Positions 13,775 through 26,637 of a stretch of 64,000 bases of DNA are shown one piece after another. A program made the position numbers and the translations under genes. Each line of letters opens with the position of its first letter. Positions within the stretch are counted from its first letter, which is position 1. The notes beneath the pieces are model-generated. The model was not told the origin of the DNA. It saw only the letters and a list, made by a program, of their open reading frames with translations, and searched no databases. This DNA is from Octopus vulgaris (lineage: Eukaryota). Location: the NCBI GenBank assembly GCA_951406725.2, contig OX597815.1, positions 160,270,001 through 160,334,000 of the forward strand. Reading direction: 5' to 3'.

Positions 13775-14245
13775 ATTTTAGAGAAAAACTAGGTATAAGA
13801 GGCATCAGATGTAGTGTGCAAGAGAGAAGACTGTGCTGGTATGGCCATCCAATGCATATGAATGAAAGCAGTTGCATGAAGAGGTACCAGTCTCTGATTG
13901 TAGAGGGAATATGTGGAAGGGGTAGACCCAGGAAGATGTGGGACAAAGTGGTGAGAAAGGTTCTACAGATTCATGGAAGGGATGATGGGGAAATCAAACT
14001 CCTGGCAGGCAGTTCGGCATGCTTGAAAAAAAGCACCCATGTAAAAAGGACCCATGATGGTGCTGCATCAAAGCACCCAGCACACTATGTAAAGTGTTTG
14101 ACATTATAAAGAGCATTCAGCTGTAGAAACCATGTGGAAACCAACAGGGACTCTGAACGACAGCCCTTCAGTTAGTCAGCCACTGTCAAACCATCCAACT
14201 AATGCCAGCATGGAAAATGGATGTTAAATGCTGATGGTGATGATG
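13775..14245 (+). mobile_element. RTE-like LINE 3' fragment (RT C-terminus + tail)
   Basis: REKLGIRGIRCSVQERRLCWYGH...GRGRPRKMWDKVV, homologous to the 34546-35296 ORFs. Confidence 0.8.
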
Positions 14246-14261
14246 GTATATATATATATAT

Positions 14262-14660
14262 TCTTTTACTTGTTTCAGTCATCTGACTGCGGCTATGCTG
14301 GAGCATCACCTTTAGTCGAACAAATCGACCCCAGTACTTATTCTATCGGTCTCTTTTGTCAAACTGCTAAGTTACAGAGATATAAACAGACCAAAATCAG
14401 TCGTCAAGCAATGGTGGTGGGGGTCAAACACAGACACACAACACAAACATATATACACACACACACAAACATATACACACACACACATACACATATATAT
14501 GATGGCTTCTTTCAGTTTCCCTCTACCAAATCCACTCACAAGGCTTTGGTTGGCCTGAGGCTATAGCAGACACTTGCCCAAGGTACCACACAGTGGAACT
14601 GAATCCAGAACTATATGGTTGGGAAACAAGCTACTTACCACACAGCTATACCTGTGCCCA
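14262..14660 (-). mobile_element. SINE family A
   Basis: Homologous to 11228-11628 and 24842-25290, including the head region. Confidence 0.8.
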
Positions 14661-15512
14661 TATATACACAATTGATTAATTCCACCTGAAATTTTAAAAA
14701 ATGAATTCTATAAAATAAACAAAGCCTTCTTCGTTAAGGTTTCCTTTCATTATAATCTGTGTGATGAAACATCAATCACACAGTTTCTCAAGAAATCCTT
14801 TTGTCTGAAATTTTCAAAAGAAGATAATGTGTACTTATAATGCAATTAATATAAATATTTTATACAAATTTATCATTGAAAATTAGTGTAGATATGATGT
14901 ATCTAATGAACAGTTTCATATGGAATACTATATGACTGTCAGTGTATGTATGTATGTATGTATGTATGTATGTATGTATGTATGTATGTATGTATGTATG
15001 TATGTATGTATGTATGTATGTATGTATGTGCACACACAAACACAGACATATATAAATAAATTGTGCTGCTGCAGGCTGCTCTTGAAAGTGTGTCTGTAAG
15101 TCCTCTGTAGTTTGTCAATATGTTGTTTCAAAAACCAGCTTTGTACACAATGCTCTTCTCTCTCACACATTCTCTCGTTCTCTGTGTGAATGTGTGTGCC
15201 TTTATAATCAACATCATCGTCGTCGTCGTCGTTTAACATCTGCCGTCCATGCTGGCATGGGTGGGATGGTTTGCCAGGAGCTGGCCAGGCAGGAGCCGCC
15301 ACCAGACTACTGTAATAGCTTTAGAAGGATTTTTACAGCTGGATACCCTTCCTAATACTAGCAACTCAGCATATAATTATATATATATATATATACATAC
15401 ACACTCACACATAAATATTGTATCCATATATCATATATATATATACATATAAATATTATATATATATATATAAATATCATATATATATATATATATATAT
15501 ACATATAAATAT

Positions 15513-15687
15513 TACAGTTCTATATTTAAGAGATGAATTATGTACATTATTTACATTTGACGGATATTTGTACTTATCTTGTTTGTTGTCCACAGGCATA
15601 TGGCATAGTGATTAAGAGCATGGGCTACTAACCCCACGATTCTGAGTTCAATTCCAGGCAGTGATCTGAATAATAATAATAATATTA

Positions 15688-15729
<42 letters not shown>

Positions 15730-15870
15730 TCGGAAAATACCTTAGGAATGATAACCCATGTTCAAAATTTCCCCAAAACACCTGATGAAGGCTGGAAGGT
15801 ATATCAGCCAAAACATTGTGTTAACAACAAACAAGATGAGGATAAATATCTGTCAAATGTAAATAATGTA
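15513..15870 (+). mobile_element. Short non-coding retroposon: inverted tail + tRNA-like head + (AAT)n + hammerhead motif + PLE-like tail
   Basis: A-box TGGCATAGTGA (15601), B-box GAGTTCAATTCC (15644), (AAT)n about 15668-15727, HHR motif 15777-15822. Segment 15541-15589 is the reverse complement of about 15823-15870. Confidence 0.75.
15777..15822 (+). ncRNA. Minimal type I hammerhead ribozyme motif (G12>A, probably decayed)
   Basis: AACAC-CUGAUGA-A-GGCUG(loop)CAGCC-aAAA-C-AUU-GUGUU. Stems I and II pair. Confidence 0.7.
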
Positions 15871-15899
15871 TACACATATATACATATACATATTATATA

Positions 15900-16025
<126 letters not shown>

Positions 16026-16050
16026 ATATATATTTATATATATACATATG

Positions 16051-16081
<31 letters not shown>

Positions 16082-16757
16082 GTATGTATATATATACATA
16101 TATATAAATTTTATATATATATATAAGGAGTGGCTTACCAATCACATGGTTCTGGGTTCAGTGCCACTGCATGGCACTTTGGGCAAGTGTCTTCTACTAT
16201 AGCCTTGGGCCAACCAAAGCCTTGTGAGTGGATTTGGTAGATGGAAACTAAAAGAAACGTGTTGTGTGTGTGTATAATTACATATAAGTATTATACACAC
16301 AAAGAGAGTGGCAGGAGAAAAATAGATAGATAGATAACGTACAGATGAATATGTATAAACTTGTGTGTGTGTGTGTTTTGACAAAATATTTGTTGGTCTT
16401 CAATAAAGGTTTTACATTTTATAGATATATAATCAATTCTTAAGACTGTAATTGTATTTCTTTGAAAAAAGATTTTTCATTCAAATATCTCTGAAATTAT
16501 TATCATAATTCATATTTATTAATTATTTGTTTCATTGTTTTTTGTTTCTGTTCTTTTTTTTATGTTATCAGAAAAAATAACTAACAATCTTTCTCTGTTT
16601 TTGTTTTTGTTATTTGAAGCTAATTAATTTGATTAATTACTTTGCAAAAGAAAAATTGAAGATAGAAAAATTTAAAATCTGTTCTCTAAATTTAGTGACT
16701 GTTTTTATAAATGCGTTTCAATACTAGCTACATAATTTTCTTTTTGTCTTTTAACAG

Positions 16758-16796
16758 TTTACATTTCACTGGAGCCATACAACAATTTATGCTAAG
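16758..16796 (+). CDS. Candidate 39-nt internal exon of an unidentified host gene (FTFHWSHTTIYAK)
   Basis: Long pyrimidine tract + TTTTAACAG acceptor, AAG|GTATGT donor, open frame, length a multiple of 3. No homology recognised. Confidence 0.35.
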
Positions 16797-18049
16797 GTAT
16801 GTTATTCATTATTTATGAGCCAATAACAATATTGTACATCAGACATAGGCAACCTTCATTTGAGAAATGGGATGCATGAATTCAAGGCAATTTTTCATAA
16901 GGCAAGCCAGGCAGAAAGTCCTGCAGACCTCATTTTGCTCATGACTACTCTACAGTGTTGCTTGATCAACATCAAGTAGCAGCCAATTCTCTTTCAATCC
17001 CAACACACTTCCTTTTTAAAATAGGAATGGTCAGAAAAGGTAACCTTGTCCTCAATGATAAAAGATACATTATACTGACTGATCATAGGTATGCTAGATC
17101 AAAGCTGACCATAGCAAAAGATAAGATAAATCATCTCCCTCCTCCTCTTCCTCTGCCTCCTCCTCCTCCTCCTCATCATCATCATCATCATTTAAAGTCT
17201 GTTGTCCATGCTTGCACTGGTTAGACAGTTTGACCAAAGCTGGCAAGCTGGAAGGCTGCACCAGATTCCAGCTGCTGCTAAATTTAAATTTTCTTGCTTT
17301 TGGCAAATATTTTGATTATTCACCAGCTACGCTTTAGGTTTTTTCCCCACAAAAGTCCATGATACACTCAAATTATTCTTAGCATACCAAAGCATTTTCT
17401 TTTCCATACATACAGGCTCCAAAACAAGAGATTATCACTATAATGCTTAACTGTCAGCTTCATGCATCTTTCGGGGAATTTCTCTATCTCTGATATTGAA
17501 CGTATATTGAACAATTAAAGATAAATATATGAAATTTCATCTCATCCAATCAGTCTGGCAACATTCAGTTCTTATACTTTGGAGTGTACAAAATGCAAGC
17601 ACACTAGTTTTTTAGAGAAACGTGATGTATTCAAACCAAAGAGACTTTTTTATGGTAGTAACACTAATATGGATGTAGCATTTCCATCAAACATTCTTCA
17701 AGGTGTCAATAAGTCATTTCCTTCTTTTTCATTGACAAATGCTGTATGGGTCAGCCCATTTTCTTTCAGTATGTTCATGGTTGCTCTGACCACCATTTTT
17801 TTTATTGTGGTTGTCCAGAAGAGCCACGAATTTCACTAAAACGATCATAGTATTGAAAATAGCATTTATTGAACAACCAACTCCAACATCTATGGCTTCT
17901 AAATTCTACTTGAACATAGTTTGGACAAGCAAATATTCATTTATTCAACAGAACAGATCTGAGTATGATCTAACTAAATAACAAATCTTCAATGATAATG
18001 GACCAAACTGAACTGTGATTAATCTGCACATCCATTTCCCCTCACAGCT

Positions 18050-18420
18050 GCATGCACATCTACGATTTTTTTCTCAGTTCTGCTGGTTGTGGGTCAATAT
18101 CGACGTTTCTTCTACCATCTCGGAAACATCTGAACAACTCTTACATTTGTGTACAGCTCATACACTCCTCTCTGTATATTTCTGCAACTTTGCGTGGTTG
18201 TCTGAGAGGGTATTACTATGACAGCTTTCTCTGTCATGGTCAATGTCATGATCACATGCAATACACCTTCCTTCCGAGCACTGCTGTAAACAACAGAAGT
18301 GAGCTAGAACGTTAAAACTTAGTGCACATGAACAACAGAATTCAAGATCAATTTGTGCCAAGCGGCTTCATTCTGTATGCTTTAGCTTCATTACAAAAGT
18401 CCAGATACTTATTGATTAGA

Positions 18421-18425
<5 letters not shown>
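18050..18425 (-). mobile_element. Mariner 5' fragment (TIR + decayed HTH)
   Basis: TIR-like CTAATCAATAAGTATCTGGACT. The minus strand reads MSCTQM*ELFRCFRDGRRNVDID, resembling mariner MSRTQVYEWFRRFxxGRxxVED. Confidence 0.55.
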
Positions 18426-18471
<46 letters not shown>

Positions 18472-18900
18472 ATTTATATATACACACACACACACACATA
18501 TATATATATAGAAATATATATATATATATATGGTGGTTGTCTACTCCTTATGCAGAGTTTGACCACCTCCTGTAACAACACCTTAGAACCATCATGGCAT
18601 CGGATGTGGCTTTTTAAACTAGATAATGTTTTGAAGAGACACCTACATAGAGTGCATATCTGATTTGGACCACCAAGAGCTGCAGTTCTGATCTCTGTGA
18701 ACATATATATGCATACATTTTTGTGTGTGTATACATATATATGTATGCATATTTTGTATGTGTATATGTATGTGTGTGTATGCATGTATATTTTGTGCAT
18801 GTGTATATATACATATATGTATGTATGTATGCAATTTATATTTTGAGTATATGTATATATATATATTTTGTGTATGTAGGTATGTATATTTTGTGTATGC

Positions 18901-21439
18901 ATGCATACCTCACCCTGCTTTGTTAATTGGTTCCAGGAAACACGACTTAAGTCAAATTAACTTGTCTCTAGGCTAGGCTAGGCCGAATTTACTTGTCTCT
19001 AGGCTAAACTGCTAATAACCATTCCCAGTTCTGTACTTTATTTATGAATGCACTTTCAACAATACATGGTTAATAAGAACCTATTTTAAGCTTGCAATCA
19101 AATAATTTTACTTTTTAATACAGTACAGTAAAAAAAAAAGTAATCTAAATTTACAAATAGAAATTGGCAGTGTTTACCGTACATCCCGGACGCTTTATTT
19201 ATGAATGTGGTTTGCAATAAGACATAGTAAATTAAAAGCCGTTTTTAAGTTTAGAAAAGAAATTCAGTAATTATTATTTTGCAATACTAAAAGAAAACTA
19301 AATTATTTTAAATTTACCAATACTTACATACAATCTGGTAGTTTATATCGCAGATTTAGATGACTGTGGATCATCAATATCAACAGTTGACTCTGGCTGT
19401 TCTTGTTGTTCGAAGTGCTTAAAAAACTGGTCGAGAGTTTCTTGAACTATTCTCTTTTCATCAAAGATTACATCATAAGAGCAAAAGCTTCATAACAAGC
19501 CCCTATCCTTAATCATAGAAAGACCTTTTTTGATATATGCAAATGCTTGCATTTTTTAATGATAAAGTGATGTGGTTCATGTTCGACTTCCTCTTCTTCT
19601 TTATTTTGATGCTTGTGAAGCTCTATCAAAGCCTCATTCATCAGCAGCTGCTTGTCTTTTTAAAATAAATCTGTGATATCGTCCTCCTCCAAATCCATTT
19701 CCAGTTCTTTGCTCATAGTCACCAAAGTTTTGTTGATGGCAACATTATCAAACCCATTACAATCATTCACGAATTGCGGGCATAGCTTCTTCCACACACC
19801 ATTCATAGCCATACTCTGTACATCATTCCAAGCCATTGCTGTCTTCTGTACAGCCTAGTAGATATCTTATCTCTACCAAAAGTCACGAAGTGTGATGGAC
19901 TCATCAAGATCAGTTGCAGCTATTGCTTGCCACAGTGTATGCTTCATATAGTAACACTTGAAGATAGCAATTATTCCTTGATCTATTTGCTGCAGAAAAG
20001 ACGTGGTGTTCAGAAGGAGGTATACAATGGTAACAATGGAGGTTAAAATCTACAGTGTTTTGTGGGTGGCCAGGAACATTATCTAAGATAAATAAAACCT
20101 AAAAAGGAATCCCCTTCTCCTTACAGTCCTTCTCTGCTGCTGGGATAAAATTATTGAAGAACCAATCTTCAAAAACAACAACAGTAATCCATGCTTTTGA
20201 ATTAGCCATCCATGTAACAGGGAGAGATGCCTTTGGTATGTTCTTCAGTACACAGAGGCTGTGTGCATCATGCATAAGCAATGGCTTTAACTTAAAGTCT
20301 CCTGCACAATTACCTCCCAAAATGATGGTCACACATTCTTTGAGACCTTGCAGCCTGAAATAGATTTCTCCTCCTTAGAAATGAATGAATGGTCTGGCAA
20401 TTTTTTCCAATACAATTCAGTTTCATCTACATTAAAAATCTGTTCAGGAAGAAACCCATTTTCTTCAATGATTTTTCTTTAATGCATTAAGAAATTCTGC
20501 CGCTGCTTGTTTGTCAGCTGATGCACTTTTGCCTTGCTTCTTAATGGAGTGATAACTTCTTCACTCCCTAAATCTCATGAACCATCTTTGACTTGCCTTG
20601 AACTCTACATCGTTCTCATATGGATATTTTTTCTTCAGGTCCTCTAACAAAGACAACACTTTCTAGCATGCTGACAATTCAACCTAACAATCCAAAGAGA
20701 AAGAAGACTTTCCATTTCTTCAAAGATTTTGCTTCTTTTCTTATTGATGACAGTGTTCTTCATCCCTGGGGCTTCAGATTTAATATGTGCTAAAATCTTG
20801 TCCTTATTATGTACAATCATCAATACAGTTGTCCAATTTATCCCAAAAGATTGTGCAACTGCTACCATTTTTCCCCTTTATCATGGCATTTTATCATAGC
20901 CAGTATATTTTCCAGTGTTATAGCATGACACTTAGCACCTTCACAATGAATTTTCTTATGAGCTAGGGGGAAAAAAATAAAATCACAAATGAATGAGAAT
21001 GAGAAAGTAGCTGAGAAACAGATATAAACAAATCTGAATTCAAAACAATCACGGGAGTCACGAGTGAGAATGACGCCTAATGGTAGATACTGGAACTACA
21101 GTGCAATATGAGCTCCAAAAGACAGATAAATAAGACAACACAGCTGATTTCATGATTTCATTCACTATGCTACACTACTTTATGGTGTGTATCGTAACAT
21201 TTACAGAACGTATTTTGATATGATTTTATATGATTTTATTCATACTTATTGTACAGTAACATGATTTTATGAGCTTTTAACGTTTTTCTAGTGATTTTAC
21301 AATTCCACTATTTGTGGCAGACAGACATAAAGTCGAGTAAATTGACTTGATTTAACATTTATTTTTCCATATATTACTTTCGAGAATCGACGTATACTTG
21401 TGAACAACTTAGATTGAAATGACTTAAGTTGAGGTATGC

Positions 21440-21443
<4 letters not shown>
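18901..21443 (-). mobile_element. Near full-length decayed Tigger/pogo DNA transposon (about 2.5 kb)
   Basis: Ends GCATACCTCA / TGAGGTATGC resemble the Tigger TIR CAGGCATACCTC. CENP-B-type HTH in 20644-20868 (VAQSFGINWTTV...EEMESLLSLWI). IFNVDETELYWKKLP near 20400-20445. DDE_1 motif GGNCAGDFKLKPLL...LPVTWMANSKAWIT...FEDWF in 20099-20332. Frameshifted. Confidence 0.9.
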
Positions 21444-21490
<47 letters not shown>

Positions 21491-21674
21491 GCATAGAAAA
21501 CAGATGTTAAATGATAAGGATGATGATATATATAATATATACTATATATAATATTTATATGTATTTTATAAATATATATATGATATATATATTATACATA
21601 TATATGTGATATATATATATATATAATATATACTATATATAATATATATATATACAATATGTATACATCGTATG

Positions 21675-21706
<32 letters not shown>

Positions 21707-22211
21707 TGTGTGTGCATATTTATATGTATACATACATGCTCACACATGTATATACATATATATGTACATACATACACATACACTCATACATAATGTAGAT
21801 TATCTTTATTCCCAAATTGCAAGTGTATTCATCGTTTTTGTTTCATATGAATTGATTATTCTCAGACAATGGTTTCATGCTTTATGGTACCATTGTAGAA
21901 TGACTCAGTTCACTTCTGAAAACATGGGATTTGCATATAAAATCATAAAGAAGAAAATGGAAAAGAGAGCAAATAACGAATGAAGATTACAAAGGCTTTC
22001 CATTGTTTTAATATAATCCAGATATTTATAATATCTGAATATATAATATGGTTTACTAATTTTGGAAGAATGAACAGGATCCATTTGTATGGAAATGATG
22101 ATGAGCAATCACACACACACATATGTATGGGCATATGTATACGTACACACATACATACATACATTCATACATATATACATATATATATATATATGTCTGT
22201 GTGTGTATATA

Positions 22212-22244
<33 letters not shown>

Positions 22245-22340
22245 GCATGTGTGTATATATATATGTGTGTATATATATATGCGTGTGTGTATATATATGC
22301 TTTTATGTATACATGTAAGTATGTATATAAATAAATATAC

Positions 22341-22386
<46 letters not shown>

Positions 22387-23756
22387 ATATATATATATAT
22401 GCATATTTATATATGTGGGTGAGTTTATGTTTGTGTAAAATTGTTAATATCTTTAGCATTATGACTGAAATAACAAATAAGATGATGTGGGGGGAAAAGT
22501 AAAAAAAAAATAGATGTTGTCATTTAAAATGATGTCGATGATGATGACAGCGATAATGATGATGACGATGGTGATGATGAAAGAGACGACAATGAAGAAC
22601 TGCAACACATGAACAACTACTTCTGCACCAGCAGTAACAACAACAACTACAACAAACAGAATTTGAGGAAGACAGACAAGGAAAATAACTGAAGAAATGA
22701 GGAGAGGAACAGATGTAGAAGATGTAGGAGAGAAAGAAGTGAAGATGCAGCTGAAGGAGAAGGAAGAGAAGGAATATACTGGTACTTAGTTATGAGTTCG
22801 TGTTGCTTCAGATGATGTTGGCTTATGAGACATGACTGTCTTATACAGAACAGAGAGCTATCTTTTATAGCAATAATGATATGTTTCCGATTTAACATAA
22901 CCCTCTGACATAATTCTTAAGTTGGAGCTTATAATCCACTGTACTAACTGTGTTTGACTGCTACTGATTTGGTCAAGTTCCAAGCAAAATGAAAATGTTC
23001 ATTTAAAAGAAATTGAACCAAGCATGGCAGTGTGCACTGAATTAGGTATGAAAAGCATCTTACTGGTGACTCCACCAAGTACCATAATCTCCAAGTGTTT
23101 TTTATTCAAGTTCAATTCCTAATGAAATAAAGACTGGCTTCCAAGTGTAACACTAAGTATACTCTGCAACACTTTGGGTGTTTTCCATCATAATCTCAAG
23201 CTGATCAATGCCTTGAGAGGGAATTTGGTAAATGGAAATTTTATGGAAGCTTACCATACACATACACAGAAGTAGATATAGGAGAGAAAGAAGTGAAGAA
23301 TACCCAAGGTATTCCTAATACTCAAGAGGGTAGTGGGTACTTTTTTACGTGCAACCAGTATGGGTGCCAGTTATGTAACACTGGCATTGGCTAAAAATTC
23401 GATCTCACTTGGTTTGACAGGTCTTCTCAAGCACGGTATATCGACAAAGGTCTTGTTCATTTGTCACTGCTGCCATGAGATCCAACATTTGAAGGATGTA
23501 TTTTATGTGCTACTGGTATGGGTGCCAGTTACACAATGCTGGCATCGGCCAAGACTATGATTTCACTTGGCTTCGCAAATCTTCTCAAGCACAGTGTATC
23601 ACCCAACAAAATGTTTTACAGAGAGATGTCAAAGGAATGCAATCATGCACTCTGCCTCATCAGTTGTTATCATCTGTTGTTGTGGTATGCACAGATGAGA
23701 TATTTCAGCTTGCAAAAGACCAGCATGAATAAAACCCAAACAGTACATATGTATAC

Positions 23757-23994
23757 TTTTTACTCTCTTTTTTACTCTTTTACTTGTTTCAGCTGTTTCA
23801 CTGCAGCCATGCTGGAGCACCGCCTTTAGTCGAGCAAATCGAGCCCAGGACTTATTCTTTTTAAGCCTAGTACTTATTCTATTGGTCTCTTTTGCCAAAC
23901 CGCTAAGTTACTGGGATGTAAACACACCAGCATCGGTTGTCAAGCGATGTTGGGGGGGGGGGACAAACACAGACACACAAACATATACACACAC

Positions 23995-24043
<49 letters not shown>

Positions 24044-24195
24044 GCTTCTTTCAGTTTCTGTCTGCCAAATCCACTCACAAGGCTTTGGTTGGCCTGAGTC
24101 TATAGAAGAAGACACTTGCCCAAGTTGCCTCACAGTGGGACTGAACCCGAAACCATTTGGTTGGTAAGCAAGCTACTTACCACACAGCCACTCCT
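23757..24195 (-). mobile_element. SINE family A, full length
   Basis: Head GGAGTGGCTGTGTGGTAAGTAGC...GGGTTCAGTCCC, internal (TA)/(CA) tract, tail ...GAAACAAGTAAAAGAGT. Confidence 0.9.
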
Positions 24196-24841
24196 GGTAT
24201 TTTTTCAGTCATACCTGCATGCTCATTTAACCCTTTAGCATTCAAACTGGTCATATGCAGCCCAAGTATTCTACCTGTTTTATGTTCAAACTGGCCAGAT
24301 CAGGCCTCAGCCATTTACCCTATAATGTTATTCCAAAAATTAACAATTATATCTTTGTAATCTTGAAGCTATGAGATAGCATATGATTAATTTAAAACAA
24401 TGTGAACAAATAAGCATTAGATTTGATTGAGTAATCTGAATGTTAAATGGCTTATCAATTAGATGTCTATGTTCACACAAAATCTATTTTGAATTATTTT
24501 ATTTAGTTTTCATTTAACTTATAACATTATGTCCCAGTTTTGATTTTAAGCTGCATCTAGTAGAGGGGCCCTGGATCAGGCGTTTCCGGGCTTTATCTAT
24601 TATTGTTCTCAGGTCTTGTCTGACCTGGTGTAGTTGCACTTGTTGGGGTCCCACCTATGGGTAAAATAGCATCACGGCATGCTGTATGGTGGAAGGGAAG
24701 TATTTCAGCAAATGAATCATACTGAATCAGTGGTGAATTTCACCAGATGCTGAGCAGATGAACGGACAAAAAACTGTCAATGACCAGGATCAACCAGTTC
24801 AGTTGGTAAACTACTGCTATCATCTGTAGTCATGGTATACT

Positions 24842-25065
24842 CTTACTCTTTACTCTTTTACTTGTTTCAGTCATTTGACTGTGGCCATGCTGGAGCACCG
24901 CCTTTAGTCAAGCAAATCGACCCTAGGACTTATTCTTTGTAAGCCTAGTACTTATTCTATCGGTCTCTTTTGCTGAACTGCTAAGTTACTGGGACGTAAA
25001 AACACCAGCATCGGTTGTCAAGTGATGTTGTGGGGACAAACACAGACATGCAAACATATACACAC

Positions 25066-25114
<49 letters not shown>

Positions 25115-25290
25115 AACACATATATATGACGGGCTTCTTTCAGTTTCCATCTACCAAATCCACCCACAAGGCTTTGGTCGGCCCGAGGCTAGAGTAGAAG
25201 ACACTTGCCCAAGGTGCCATGCAGTGGGACTGAACCTGGGACCATGTGGTTTGTAAGCAAGCTACTTACAACACAGCCACTCCTACACCT
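24842..25290 (-). mobile_element. SINE family A, full length
   Basis: Highly similar to 23757-24195. Confidence 0.9.
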
Positions 25291-25565
25291 ATGTGCAGAT
25301 GAGATATTTTGGCTTACAAAAGATCAGTGTGACTAAAACTCAAGGCAGGCATTCTTACCACAATTGTTGATCTTGACATCTGGCATGGAAGAGTTGCATT
25401 GGTTTGAGCAAGCCAGTCAACCAGATGACGATGATGAGTCATATTGTAACCAAAACCTTACATAACTGGTTTTCATAAGAGAGGCAATAATTATTTGTAA
25501 ATTTATTCTAATGTCAAAAATGTCATGAAATATTATGAAGATTACAAGAGCTTTATTATAGAATT

Positions 25566-25606
<41 letters not shown>

Positions 25607-26315
25607 CACACACATATATACATATATAAACATAGGTAGATATATGTCTTGTCAGAATGTCTGTAAATATGTGACTTAAGTAGAGCAGGGTCTAAGTTTG
25701 CATATAGGTAATTCAAATGTATCCATGTGTACCTGTTAAATCATCCATTAATCTACTTTGATATAAAGCTACCTTGAAACATTTTATTTAATTCAGTGTA
25801 TAAGTAGAGATTTATTTATAGAATATGTAAATATATATACAGAGAAGTGCTAACGTAAGCATATATATGATTTAACTATGTATCCGTTTAACTATTCGCA
25901 AAGTTAATATTAAAGTAGTCTTAAGATATATGTTTTTAATTCATTCGATTTGGAATACATACATGGGATTAATGCTAAAGTAAGCATATAGGAGATTAAA
26001 ACTGCATATCTGTTTAACTATTTGAGAGTATATTTCCATACTGAAGCAACCACAAAATATTTTACATTATTTAAGACTGAATATTTGCAAGGATTACCCA
26101 TACACACTAACTCTTGCAAATGGGTGTGTTTGAGATTAAGTGCATTTATGAGCATAAATGTGACTAGATATATATTATATAAAAGTATGTATATATATAC
26201 TCACACATTTTGTTTTTTTGTGAATTCTCTCTCTCTCTCTCTCTCTCTTTTGTATATATATATATATATATTACAACAAAAATTTTATATTCTGGACTAT
26301 ACATATATATATAGC

Positions 26316-26345
<30 letters not shown>

Positions 26346-26351
<6 letters not shown>

Positions 26352-26479
26352 TAAAGGACTGACCACTAAAAGTGGTCAGTCCTTTAAATTTTGTATGTAA
26401 AAAAATTTTAATCTTCGGATTTTTTTAATATGCTGGGCCGCTGGTTTTAATTGATTAATATCAATTTCTACCCTTATTA

Positions 26480-26490
<11 letters not shown>
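26346..26490 (+). mobile_element. Short tail-like insert with 22-bp fold-back in (TA)n
   Basis: AAAATTTAAAGGACTGACCACT-AAA-AGTGGTCAGTCCTTTAAATTTT, then about 100 bp ending TTTCTACCCTTATTAAATTTTATATA. Flanked by an imperfect direct repeat (about 26192-26330 and 26511-26618). Confidence 0.6.
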
Positions 26491-26516
<26 letters not shown>

Positions 26517-26637
26517 CTCACACATTTTGTTTTTTTGTGAATTCTCCCTATATATATATATATACATTACAACGAAAATGTTATATCTTGGACTATACAT
26601 ATATAGCAACTATATATACACACACACATACACACAC

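Noticed and set aside
15595-15665. Functional tRNA gene
   Set aside because: A/B boxes are present but the acceptor and T stems pair poorly and the sequence runs into a repeat body. Treated as a SINE head, as are the other tRNA-like heads.
23630-23670. CTGATGAGGCAGAGTG motif (also at about 30788)
   Set aside because: No stem II plus GAAA follows, so it is not a hammerhead core.
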